Sequence record: MT446416.1
Length of the DNA stretch: 64,000 nt
Strand: one strand, 5' to 3'
Origin: Escherichia virus TH47
Shown: positions 17,948 through 26,228 of the stretch, piece by piece
Layout: every line of letters starts with the position of its first letter
Numbering within the stretch: position 1 is the stretch's first letter
Notes under the pieces: model-generated
Seen by the model: the letters and a program-made list of their open reading frames with translations, nothing else
Database searches by the model: none
Told to the model about the DNA's origin: nothing
Position numbers and translations under genes: made by a program

Positions 17948-18552
17948 TAGATATTCCTCAATGGTTAATCATCCATCTCTTCGAGATGTCTGTTCGCTTC
18001 TAATACTACGTATTCTACGCGAATGAATCATAACTGTCAAGGACTTTTAATATTGACGGGATTTGTTGAGGACTTTTTCATCCCCCGCAGGGGAATGATG
18101 GTAAGAAAAAAGAGACAATTAAGTCTCTTCTTGACGCTGATGGCATCGGATTTTATTGTATCGTGAATTTAGGACGGATCTATATTGTAATAAATCAATC
18201 GCAAACGGAAGCGGGTTGCTCTGTTTCTCCCTATCACGGTCATATGCAACGGTCACTGGTCTTTTCATCCCAGCACTCACTTAAAACTCCATACAATCGA
18301 AGTTCAAGCTGTCTTATAATAAGACTCCCTTAGCAAATCTGGTAAGGTGCGATCCTTATATGTCTATCGAGGAACTCTCGGTATGCTTATCGGAGTTCTT
18401 TATACAGCCGCATTGCCGTGAGGGGTTCAAACTATGCCCACATCTAACGGGTTTCTTTTGCTGTTCGTTCTGTAGCACAACTCATCTGCCCTCTACATTT
18501 TCGAGTGGTTCAGGATTATTTTATTCTAAATGAGCTACAGGTTTTTTTTATT
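17948..18552 (-). ncRNA. candidate large structured non-coding RNA (strand uncertain)
   Basis: 605 nt with no ORF of 60 aa or more in any frame. Hand-counted 60-nt lines are 42-48% G+C versus 28% for a line in the adjacent gene. Several 6-8-bp hairpins (18079-18100, 18110-18129, 18371-18399). Confidence 0.35.
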
Positions 18553-18558
18553 CTAAAT
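18519..18558. repeat. 13-nt direct repeat TTTTATTCTAAAT x2 (18519-18531, 18546-18558)
   Basis: Read directly; the second copy spans the stop codon of the AP2/HEG-like gene. Confidence 0.7.
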
Positions 18559-19185
18559 TTTACTTAATGACAAAGTAATACGTCCATTAAGTAAATCATC
18601 GTTTAAAACATCAATTCTACGTTGTAAACCTTTTATTACACCATCTGACACACTATTATTATATTTTTTAATAATATCAGAAAGATGTTCTTTTTTGGCT
18701 AATTGCCATTTTGCATGAGCTTCTTCAGGTGTGGGAAATGCACCCAAATGATATTTTTTCTTATTTTTGTAAATTTGTGCATAATATGGATTTTTGTATT
18801 CAAAACTCATATTTTTTTTAGGTATATGATAACAAACACCAAGTGGTTGATTTTTATTATTTTTGTCAATGATACACATGTTTATTTCATTTGGTACAAA
18901 TGAACACGTTTCAGGAGAATACATTTTTTTATTACCGTCGATTAAATCTTTATCTAATTCATAACCATCTTTGTAATTTGATATATACCATTCTTTAAAT
19001 TTAGAGTATGTTTTCCATTCATCACATATAATAACTCCTATATATGTTTTATGAGTTTCTTGATACTTTTCAGAATAACATCGTTTTATCATATCTTTCC
19101 ATGTATAATAAACTTTACTATAAACACTTTTTTTTGTGGAATCACCTTTAACATCATTGATTCCAAAACCATATACCAATTTCAT
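18553..19185 (-). CDS. AP2-domain, homing-endonuclease-like DNA-binding protein (210 aa)
   Basis: YYTWKDMIKRCYSEKYQ..Y.GV.ICDEWKTYSKFKEWY, then KKYHLGAFPTPEEAHAKWQLAKKEH (AP2-like). Free-standing between a terminator and the ORF-free segment. Confidence 0.55.
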   Translation of the reverse strand: MKLVYGFGINDVKGDSTKKSVYSKVYYTWKDMIKRCYSEKYQETHKTYIGVIICDEWKTYSKFKEWYISNYKDGYELDKDLIDGNKKMYSPETCSFVPNEINMCIIDKNNKNQPLGVCYHIPKKNMSFEYKNPYYAQIYKNKKKYHLGAFPTPEEAHAKWQLAKKEHLSDIIKKYNNSVSDGVIKGLQRRIDVLNDDLLNGRITLSLSKI

Positions 19186-19246
19186 ATTAAATTCCAATTA
19201 TGGTTATCATACTAACATTGTATCACACTTTCTAAATTTGTCCCAT

Positions 19247-19273
19247 AAAAAAAGGGCTGACAGAAGTCAACCC
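19247..19273 (-). terminator. intrinsic terminator (cassette copy 5, UUCU loop)
   Basis: GGGUUGAC-UUCU-GUCAGCCC plus U7 on the minus strand. Confidence 0.75.
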
Positions 19274-19280
19274 TTTAATC

Positions 19281-20246
19281 TTAAAAATCTTCGAACTCAT
19301 AACCTTTTGTCTTAACCATCTTACGCAGTCGTTCCATTGCTTCAGAGTACTTACGGTGCAATGAAGAACGAGCAGTCATGACCTTACCCTTCTCATCTTC
19401 AAAACCACTCTCAATGATTTCTCGTAGCGTTTCTGGTTCAGAATAAGAACCAATACCATGTACACGTTCAATCAATTCACGGTCTTTGGCAGATAGGTTA
19501 CTCATCATTTCTGCAATACTTTGTACCAGTGGGGTACTGACAGTTTCTACGCCTAAGTTGTAATCAGGTTCAACTGAAGTAACAATGTCAGATAATGTAC
19601 TTTCTGAATCATTACTCATTTTCATATTCAATGCTACATAAGTGTTATTGTAAGTTAGACAATTCTTAACGTGTTGAATCTCAATACCAGTCTCTTTTGA
19701 CACCATCTCAGGAGTTGGGTATTTACCATGTTTCCTTTGATACTCTTCAACACAACGTTTCACATAAATGTTATTAACACTCATATAACGTGGGAAATGC
19801 ACTAGATAATTAGCATCTGCACTTTCGTTATAGATTGTCATGTACACAGTTGTTGTTGCATATGTAATGAACTTAACATTTTTGGTAGTGTCGAACGTAT
19901 GAATTGCTCGCATTAAACCTTCAACACCATAAGAAATCTTATCTTCAAATGGGATAAAACATGTACATTTACGTGCAACACTTACTACCATTGGATAGTT
20001 GTAGCGAACCAAAAGGTCAATGTTCTTTTCAACGTCAATACCATCACGCACTGCTTGGATGAGCATTTCATTCGTTATACCTTTAGGGCGAGTTAAACTG
20101 ATACCTGTTTTTGGTTTCTCAAACTTGTGACCGTCATGTTCTTCTTCATCAACCGAATCTAGAGCCTCTAAGACGTTGACTTCTTCACTAGCAAAACACT
20201 CATCCAGTACTTCTTCAAAAATTGCATTTAAATCAAGCTTTTTCAC
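19281..20246 (-). CDS. sigma-70 family RNA polymerase sigma factor (321 aa)
   Basis: Region-2-like LVRYNYPMVVSVARKC...YGVEGLMRAIHTFD..KFITYATTTVYMTIYNE. Region-4-like LSAKDRELIERVHGIG...TLREI...RSSLHRKYSEAMERLRKM. Confidence 0.8.
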   Translation of the reverse strand: MKKLDLNAIFEEVLDECFASEEVNVLEALDSVDEEEHDGHKFEKPKTGISLTRPKGITNEMLIQAVRDGIDVEKNIDLLVRYNYPMVVSVARKCTCFIPFEDKISYGVEGLMRAIHTFDTTKNVKFITYATTTVYMTIYNESADANYLVHFPRYMSVNNIYVKRCVEEYQRKHGKYPTPEMVSKETGIEIQHVKNCLTYNNTYVALNMKMSNDSESTLSDIVTSVEPDYNLGVETVSTPLVQSIAEMMSNLSAKDRELIERVHGIGSYSEPETLREIIESGFEDEKGKVMTARSSLHRKYSEAMERLRKMVKTKGYEFEDF

Positions 20247-20268
20247 TTACTTCTCCTAATGAATGAAA

Positions 20269-20766
20269 TCAAAAACGGTATACATTAATATTATCATCGG
20301 TATAGATATCATGGTTATGAACATCCATGAAGGTATCAAATACCTTATCAAGAAGAGTATTATACTCTTCATGTAATGCTGCATCAAGCATGTATTCACC
20401 ACCACTACCCATAAAGAATGTATAATCATTATGGAGATAATCAATCTTCTTGGTAAACTTACCCTTATTAATGATTAAGTGAATGATGTAATCTTTTGAC
20501 ACAAGAACACAGTGACAACTCGCCTTGCGGTCTGGTATCACAGTCTCTTGTGAAATCAAGTATCTCAGTACTTTGTTAATTTCACTAACCTCACCGCAAG
20601 CACTAAACAGTCGGTCGTGTACATACAATGTTTTTTGTGAAACTACACCATAACTAAGTTTTGGCTTCAACGGGAATAGGTTCAAAAATGAACGCTGCTC
20701 AGTTGATGTCACTTTTGAATCAGTAAGTAATACTCCCAAGCGTTTATCAATATAAACAGTTGTCAT
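20269..20766 (-). CDS. HslV/proteasome-beta-like Ntn hydrolase (165 aa)
   Basis: N-terminal MTTV (Thr nucleophile position). GVLLTDSKVT, KTLYVHDRLFSACGEVSE and FMGSGGEYM resemble E. coli HslV [30 protein letters not shown] and AIGSGGPYA (from memory). Confidence 0.55.
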   Translation of the reverse strand: MTTVYIDKRLGVLLTDSKVTSTEQRSFLNLFPLKPKLSYGVVSQKTLYVHDRLFSACGEVSEINKVLRYLISQETVIPDRKASCHCVLVSKDYIIHLIINKGKFTKKIDYLHNDYTFFMGSGGEYMLDAALHEEYNTLLDKVFDTFMDVHNHDIYTDDNINVYRF

Positions 20767-20767
20767 A

Positions 20768-21187
20768 TTAAACCTTATCTAAAAATTTAGCATAGATATA
20801 AAATTCTTTATCGTTGAATACATTAATTCTAATATCGAAGCGTTGAAGTGTATTCATGTATAATGAACTTTTTAAATAAAAATACAATGCAACAAATTCA
20901 GATATATGCATATTCTTTTTATTATTACATAAATTCTTTAGCATTTTAATGCTATCAAAATCATCTTTATCATATCTGTACTGGAAAAAATTGTATCTAT
21001 TTGAACGGCACTCATAGATGAGAAGGGCCATTATATCAATACATGCTTGAGATTTACAGTACTTATTCAATACAGGGTAATCACCAGTACATAATGCTAC
21101 GAAGATTTTATGTGCAAGTGTTGCTTTGCCTTCAATCGTATAATAGCCAAAAAATTTAATGATTAAGTAATGTATAAATCTAAGCAT
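20768..21187 (-). CDS. hypothetical protein (139 aa)
   Basis: ORF track. Confidence 0.65.
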   Translation of the reverse strand: MLRFIHYLIIKFFGYYTIEGKATLAHKIFVALCTGDYPVLNKYCKSQACIDIMALLIYECRSNRYNFFQYRYDKDDFDSIKMLKNLCNNKKNMHISEFVALYFYLKSSLYMNTLQRFDIRINVFNDKEFYIYAKFLDKV

Positions 21188-21192
21188 TGGAT

Positions 21193-21453
21193 TTAGAATT
21201 TCTCCGAAATTACAAGTGTATCATCATAGTCATCAGCAACGGAGTTCAGTACTTCCAAATTACTTTCACCAGAAATACTTTGTACTTCGTTCAAAAGATA
21301 GTTTAGATCAACAGTTGTTACTTTTTCTGAATCAAACACACAGAAAGTCAATTCAGCGTTTGGACAGATCTTCTTCAGATTATCAGCAACAACTTGTTTG
21401 AAGTTAAAAGATGGGGAAGCAACCAGGTTAACTGCAACGAGAATAGATTTCAT
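21193..21453 (-). CDS. hypothetical protein (86 aa)
   Basis: ORF track. Confidence 0.6.
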   Translation of the reverse strand: MKSILVAVNLVASPSFNFKQVVADNLKKICPNAELTFCVFDSEKVTTVDLNYLLNEVQSISGESNLEVLNSVADDYDDTLVISEKF

Positions 21454-21527
21454 AATGTTTTCCTTTTTAGCTGATAATTAAATTAGGAGCACATTGTACT
21501 CCATGTTATTGGTTAAGTCAAATACTT

Positions 21528-21779
21528 TTAGATACCGAGTACTGAATTCAATTCTTTACGCTTGTTATATGAATCAGATTCAAACTTGCTTTTCTTATTG
21601 AAAAGGGATTCGATATCCTTATAGATAGCTTCGATGGATTTAGTTACAACCCATTCGGATTCCTGAAGCATAGCTTGAAGACGTGCGTACTCAACTTTGA
21701 TAGTACTGCGAAGTTCTTCACAAGCTTCTTCGTTCTTAATTAGTGCTTCACTAAGTTCTTTGACCTTATCGATGTTCAT
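21528..21779 (-). CDS. hypothetical coiled-coil-like protein (83 aa)
   Basis: ORF track; heptad-like charged sequence. Confidence 0.55.
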   Translation of the reverse strand: MNIDKVKELSEALIKNEEACEELRSTIKVEYARLQAMLQESEWVVTKSIEAIYKDIESLFNKKSKFESDSYNKRKELNSVLGI

Positions 21780-21838
21780 AAGTTCCTTACCATTTCCTAG
21801 TTTTGATGTAATAATTATATATCTCTCAATAACTCACG

Positions 21839-22270
21839 TCAACTGTTTTCCGTACCTTTCTCTGCCATTTTGGTGATGTGCCATTTGAGTACTGATTTGT
21901 GTACCATAAAAAATGTGAATGCAAAGACTGTAATGGCTGCTGAAGTAACACTATTAGATAAAGACCCAAGTTGGATGTTAGTACCTAAAATAACAATAAA
22001 TGGATACAACACAATAAATCTACTGTAAGGTTCGTCTCCAGTATCACGGATAAATACAAGCCTTTCATGATCAGTATCCATTGTGACAATTACAATTGGA
22101 AAGAACATAAGTGCAGACATAAGAGCAATACCAATTTGTGCTACATTGGAAATTGTAAACCACAAAGGATTTAAACCATATGAAATGTTATTTTCAGTAC
22201 AGTAATATCCGAATGTATTGAATGTACAAACTAAAAATACAAAAATGCAAATCTTATTGTATGCCCTCAT
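21839..22270 (-). CDS. multi-pass membrane protein (143 aa), paralog of the next gene
   Basis: Four hydrophobic segments; shared ..ER/RRLVFIRD/LLFVKVFG.. loop. Confidence 0.65.
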   Translation of the reverse strand: MRAYNKICIFVFLVCTFNTFGYYCTENNISYGLNPLWFTISNVAQIGIALMSALMFFPIVIVTMDTDHERLVFIRDTGDEPYSRFIVLYPFIVILGTNIQLGSLSNSVTSAAITVFAFTFFMVHKSVLKWHITKMAEKGTENS

Positions 22271-22689
22271 TTGTTTAGCTCCGTTAATTTTCGTTTAACT
22301 TCAAGATCATAATACTCATCAGCATATGAGTTTTGAACAGTTCTTGTATATTCCAACATTACAAACATAGAACCACACACCCACAGATAAGTATAGTAAT
22401 CAAATACAAAAGCATAGATAATACATGGTATTAAAATAAATGTAAACACAAAACTATATCTCTTAGTACCGAATACTTTAACAAAAAGCAGACGGCGGTA
22501 ATCACGTGCAAATGTATGAATACATATAGAAAATATAATCAATGAATACCATGAAATGCCCTGGATTACACCTGAAACATTTACAAGTTTATGTCCGTCT
22601 GGAAACCCCAGTGCATTAAGCACTGGAGCCATAACCCAACCAATAATAGCAATAAGAAATAGATACTTTGCATTGCTAAGTGTGAACAT
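22267..22689 (-). CDS. multi-pass membrane protein (140 aa)
   Basis: Start re-picked at MFTLSNAK (TAATG overlap with the upstream stop). Confidence 0.65.
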   Translation of the reverse strand: MFTLSNAKYLFLIAIIGWVMAPVLNALGFPDGHKLVNVSGVIQGISWYSLIIFSICIHTFARDYRRLLFVKVFGTKRYSFVFTFILIPCIIYAFVFDYYTYLWVCGSMFVMLEYTRTVQNSYADEYYDLEVKRKLTELNK

Positions 22690-23147
22690 TATTTCAGTCC
22701 CCATGCCTTTTTAATAGCATCCACTGCGTTCTGGTCTACGACTTCCTGTTTAGTAGCACTGGCTTGTAGTTTATCAACTACATAGTTCTTAGCATCTTTT
22801 TCAATCATAAACTTACCATCAACTAAACACCCAAATACTTTAGAGTTACGTGCTGGGTATGTCCCGATTTCATCAAGAGTACGAACTTTCTTATCAACTA
22901 CAATTGCTTTGATGTAACCAGTTTCCAGTACTGTAGTAATGACAGTCATTTCGATTGCAATTGGTGACTCTTCCCAGAATGCAATCCACTTTGTGAAGCT
23001 GCGATCCGGTGAATCTTTTGTTGGCTTCAGTTTAATTGCACTGTTGAAAATGTACTGCTTGAATCCATCTTCAACCACTTCACTGATACTTAGGTAACCT
23101 TCACGTTCTTCTGCGTTGCGTTTGAATTGAGTAGCTAATACGTCCAT
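22689..23147 (-). CDS. hypothetical protein (152 aa)
   Basis: ORF track. Confidence 0.7.
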   Translation of the reverse strand: MDVLATQFKRNAEEREGYLSISEVVEDGFKQYIFNSAIKLKPTKDSPDRSFTKWIAFWEESPIAIEMTVITTVLETGYIKAIVVDKKVRTLDEIGTYPARNSKVFGCLVDGKFMIEKDAKNYVVDKLQASATKQEVVDQNAVDAIKKAWGLK

Positions 23148-23200
23148 CGTTAAATCCTCTTGTCAGTTATTGCGGTACGAAGCTATTATACTACCATTTA

Positions 23201-23644
23201 CTATTTGGAGTCAACACATTTCAACAAGTATTTTTCTATGTATCTTATATGTGATGGTGGTAACAGTAAGTTTTCGTATCTAACCCTGTACACACTACAA
23301 TCTCCTAGATGAAAATGACTGGTAGGATACAAGTCAGTTCTAATACTAACACGTTTACGATTATCAGTAAAGTTAATTAATGATTTTGGATTGTTATTAG
23401 CATGAGTTCTTACAAAGTATTCAATTTCATTGAGTGCTTTTTCGTCGTATACATACTTGTCAAACACACCTAGTGTAAAGTACCTTGGATGGTACATATA
23501 TGAGAATAACAATGCAGGAATATACTTCTTTATCCCTTCGTGTTTTGCAATAGCTGAAGCATATGCAAAATGTGATGCATCAGAGAAGATGTTAAGAAAA
23601 ATGAAATATGACACTAATAAACCTAGAATCAGCAAAAGTGTCAT
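23201..23644 (-). CDS. N-terminally anchored membrane protein (147 aa)
   Basis: MTLLLILGLLVSYFIFLNIF hydrophobic start. Confidence 0.65.
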   Translation of the reverse strand: MTLLLILGLLVSYFIFLNIFSDASHFAYASAIAKHEGIKKYIPALLFSYMYHPRYFTLGVFDKYVYDEKALNEIEYFVRTHANNNPKSLINFTDNRKRVSIRTDLYPTSHFHLGDCSVYRVRYENLLLPPSHIRYIEKYLLKCVDSK

Positions 23645-24105
23645 TCAAAACCTCTGTATTTTTCATATACTTCAACACATTCCATGATCTTGTCATCATC
23701 AGTCATGTCATAACCCTGAAGAAATTCTTCTTTATCAACATTAGCAGCCATCATGTCATCATCCGAAATCCTTGAATCATAGAATGTGTACATATCTTTA
23801 TAGTACTGCTTGTTGTGCTGTTCATCCTTAACCTTAGCATACCCAGCACAAAACGATGGTGATTTAACTACATTCCATTTATGCTTTTTGATAGGCTTAT
23901 CATTAGCATGTTTTTCACGGTATTGCTGGCGGTAACGTTCACGCATCTCAGGCATGTATTCTTCCGCAGTACGTTTTGGTTGGGCTTTCCCTGTTCCAAT
24001 CGTCTTGATTGTTTGACGCTGGTCTTCCGCATGTACTGGTGCAACAAAGCAGGAAGTACTGAATACAACAGCAGTGATTACTAGAAAGTGTTTAAACATA
24101 ATCAA
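23641..24105 (-). CDS. secreted protein (154 aa)
   Basis: Signal peptide MIMFKHFLVITAVVFSTSCFVAPVHA. Confidence 0.65.
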   Translation of the reverse strand: MIMFKHFLVITAVVFSTSCFVAPVHAEDQRQTIKTIGTGKAQPKRTAEEYMPEMRERYRQQYREKHANDKPIKKHKWNVVKSPSFCAGYAKVKDEQHNKQYYKDMYTFYDSRISDDDMMAANVDKEEFLQGYDMTDDDKIMECVEVYEKYRGFE

Positions 24106-24329
24106 ACCTCTTTTACAATAATGTCGATTTGCACAGGAATAGCAATCTCACTATTGCATGAATAAACATCTGCACAGTACTCAATATCTAGTACTTCATA
24201 GTATTTTTCAAAGCCACAGATTGTAAGATTCAACGTAGCACCAATAGCTGGCAATACGGGAAAGGATAAAAATGCAATTTTAGAATTAAATTCTTCATTA
24301 ATATCTTGATATACAGTGGCAGTAATCAT
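24102..24329 (-). CDS. hypothetical protein (75 aa)
   Basis: ORF track; ATGA overlaps. Confidence 0.55.
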   Translation of the reverse strand: MITATVYQDINEEFNSKIAFLSFPVLPAIGATLNLTICGFEKYYEVLDIEYCADVYSCNSEIAIPVQIDIIVKEV

Positions 24330-24910
24330 AATGGTAACTCCTGAAGTGGTTTAATAATACTCAGTACTGGGTGATTTTCAATCATCGGTCGCCCTGGTAC
24401 ACCTGTTAGCACAACTGGAATCGAACTAATGTCTTTTACATAGTTGAATCCCTCAAATGTGAATTCTTGCTTTTTCTCATTATACAATACCCACAGAATA
24501 ACGTCAGCTTTTTTCTGTATATTTTTTAACTGTCGAGTACTAACACATGGTCCAAAGTCTGTCCACGATTTGTACTTGATACCTTTCACTTCAATTCTTA
24601 AGTTGTTTACTTTGATATCACATTCACCATCACGACCATCACTTTGGAACGCTGGATCAATGTTAAGTGCAATACCTGAATAGTTTTCAATTTCATTAAA
24701 AAGTACAAATGATGCATGTTCACATACCATCCCTACAAAATGACTGTGAGCGTGATTAAATCCATACGGCGATTTACTTGCAGGTGCAAGAATCTTATAT
24801 CGTTCAGATTTCTCAATTGCTTTAGCCATAAAAGAATCAGCTTCATCTTTGTATAGCTTAACAGTCATTTTGCCATTTTTCAGTACTAAACGTTTTTCTA
24901 CAACACTCAT
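24326..24910 (-). CDS. hypothetical protein, possible PD-(D/E)xK nuclease fold (194 aa)
   Basis: ..DGRDGECDIKVNNLRIEVKG.. fits a D-x(n)-E-x-K pattern; weak motif-only call. Confidence 0.6.
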   Translation of the reverse strand: MSVVEKRLVLKNGKMTVKLYKDEADSFMAKAIEKSERYKILAPASKSPYGFNHAHSHFVGMVCEHASFVLFNEIENYSGIALNIDPAFQSDGRDGECDIKVNNLRIEVKGIKYKSWTDFGPCVSTRQLKNIQKKADVILWVLYNEKKQEFTFEGFNYVKDISSIPVVLTGVPGRPMIENHPVLSIIKPLQELPL

Positions 24911-24937
24911 AAAATCCCCTTATTGATATTCCATTTA

Positions 24938-24966
24938 AGTATACGTCAAAAACACAACTCAGTCAA
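24938..24966 (-). promoter_or_regulatory. sigma70-like promoter
   Basis: TTGACT-17 nt-TATACT on the minus strand, upstream of gene 24326-24910. Confidence 0.5.
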
Positions 24967-24974
24967 GGTGCTTT

Positions 24975-25004
24975 TTTACCTATCCAGAATAAATACGTTA
25001 TAAT
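24975..25004 (+). promoter_or_regulatory. possible promoter of the single plus-strand gene
   Basis: TTTACC-18 nt-TATAAT, about 22 nt before the GGAGGG SD of 25027. Confidence 0.4.
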
Positions 25005-25026
25005 AATTATACCAATGGAGGGATGA

Positions 25027-26184
25027 ATGTCAAGATCGATTGCTGCTGCTGGACGATATAAGTTCGGTGAATGTGGATATGTAGTCGATGGTGCAATTCT
25101 CAACGATGGGACTAAACTCAAAAATGTTCGAATCTATCGTCATAGAAGCCATAGATTATATGATTTACTTGATCCTGTAAGTAATGTAATTTATCGTAAA
25201 GTACAAATTACAACAAAGGATATACAAGGATATCAATTAAACTACAACAAAACTAATGATCAAATCCTAAGTGAAATAAGAAAGAACTCTTTTTTCGTAA
25301 GAGGATACTCAGATGCTAAACTTGAATCAGATCCTACTGGGTTTGTTTATAAGTTTCTTTTGCACAAAACAATTCTAGGTAGTTCACAAACACTATATAA
25401 TATGTACACCCCTGAATGCGGGATTATAGATAGAGATATAGACAACATCCTTATGTTCCCAACGTTCGTAGGTGATGATTTGGTAGGTGGTCGCCTATTC
25501 AACGCAGGTTCAGCCATTGATACAACTGGAATGCGTATTACCGTTATACTTCCTGACGGAACCGAGTACTTCACAACTGAAATAATTGATGATGTTTTTA
25601 GTATTCCAGTTGATCCAATTACTCAATCCGGTAAAGGAACCATCATACTCACTTCTGACATATATAATACCAAAACTATTGAATTTGATATACTAGAAAG
25701 CGGCGAAGATATTGACTTCGTTACTTCAGTACTTCTATCTCAGTTTGAGTACACGTCCGATGGTATGTACATGGCAACTGTACCAGCTACTGTGCATGAG
25801 CGTGGTGAGTATCTTGCTCTACAAGCATACAGTGGTGATTTATTCCAAATTGGAGTAGACCTCATTGTAGATCCTAGCGGTAATATTACTGTGTACCAAA
25901 CTGATGATGCTCCAATCTCATTGAGTATTATTGGTAAAACCTTACACACCACTCCATATCACAACACGTATACTGATAGTGATTGGGTAGTTGATGGTGA
26001 TTCTATGTACACACTGTCCATTCCTGCCAGTGAACATGGTAAAATCCTCCCACAAGTTCAAGTCTATGCTGAAGACAATCACGTTGTACTAAGTGAAGTT
26101 GAACTAGATGCCGATGATAATGTTGTATTAAAAGTTGTTGAACCATTTGGCTGTACTGTAGTCATTGTTGGTTATAACGCATAA
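25027..26184 (+). CDS. hypothetical protein (385 aa); only plus-strand gene in the window
   Basis: Strong SD GGAGGGatgaATG; ends at a bidirectional terminator; antisense ORFs rejected. Confidence 0.75.
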   Translation: MSRSIAAAGRYKFGECGYVVDGAILNDGTKLKNVRIYRHRSHRLYDLLDPVSNVIYRKVQITTKDIQGYQLNYNKTNDQILSEIRKNSFFVRGYSDAKLESDPTGFVYKFLLHKTILGSSQTLYNMYTPECGIIDRDIDNILMFPTFVGDDLVGGRLFNAGSAIDTTGMRITVILPDGTEYFTTEIIDDVFSIPVDPITQSGKGTIILTSDIYNTKTIEFDILESGEDIDFVTSVLLSQFEYTSDGMYMATVPATVHERGEYLALQAYSGDLFQIGVDLIVDPSGNITVYQTDDAPISLSIIGKTLHTTPYHNTYTDSDWVVDGDSMYTLSIPASEHGKILPQVQVYAEDNHVVLSEVELDADDNVVLKVVEPFGCTVVIVGYNA

Positions 26185-26216
26185 CAAAAAAGCCACTACA
26201 ATGTAGTGGCTTTTCT
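26185..26216. terminator. bidirectional intrinsic terminator between convergent genes
   Basis: AAAAAA-GCCACTAC-aat-GTAGTGGC-TTTT. Confidence 0.8.
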
Positions 26217-26228
26217 TTTATCTATATC

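Noticed and set aside
17948-18552. tmRNA, RNase P RNA, group II intron, or a tRNA cluster as the identity of the 605-nt ORF-free segment
   Set aside because: No tRNA-like acceptor/T-arm end, no GAGGAAAGUCC-type RNase P core, no GUGYG...AY boundaries or domain-V-like hairpin, and no GGTTCGAAT-type T loops were found by eye. Its identity remains open.
3339-19273. Repeated GGYTGACCGAAGTCARCC elements considered as CRISPR repeats or a dispersed mobile repeat (REP/MITE)
   Set aside because: The copies are kilobases apart and always sit immediately 3' of a gene. Each is flanked by A/T runs and forms a UUCG-loop hairpin on the transcribed strand. They are intrinsic terminators, not a CRISPR array.
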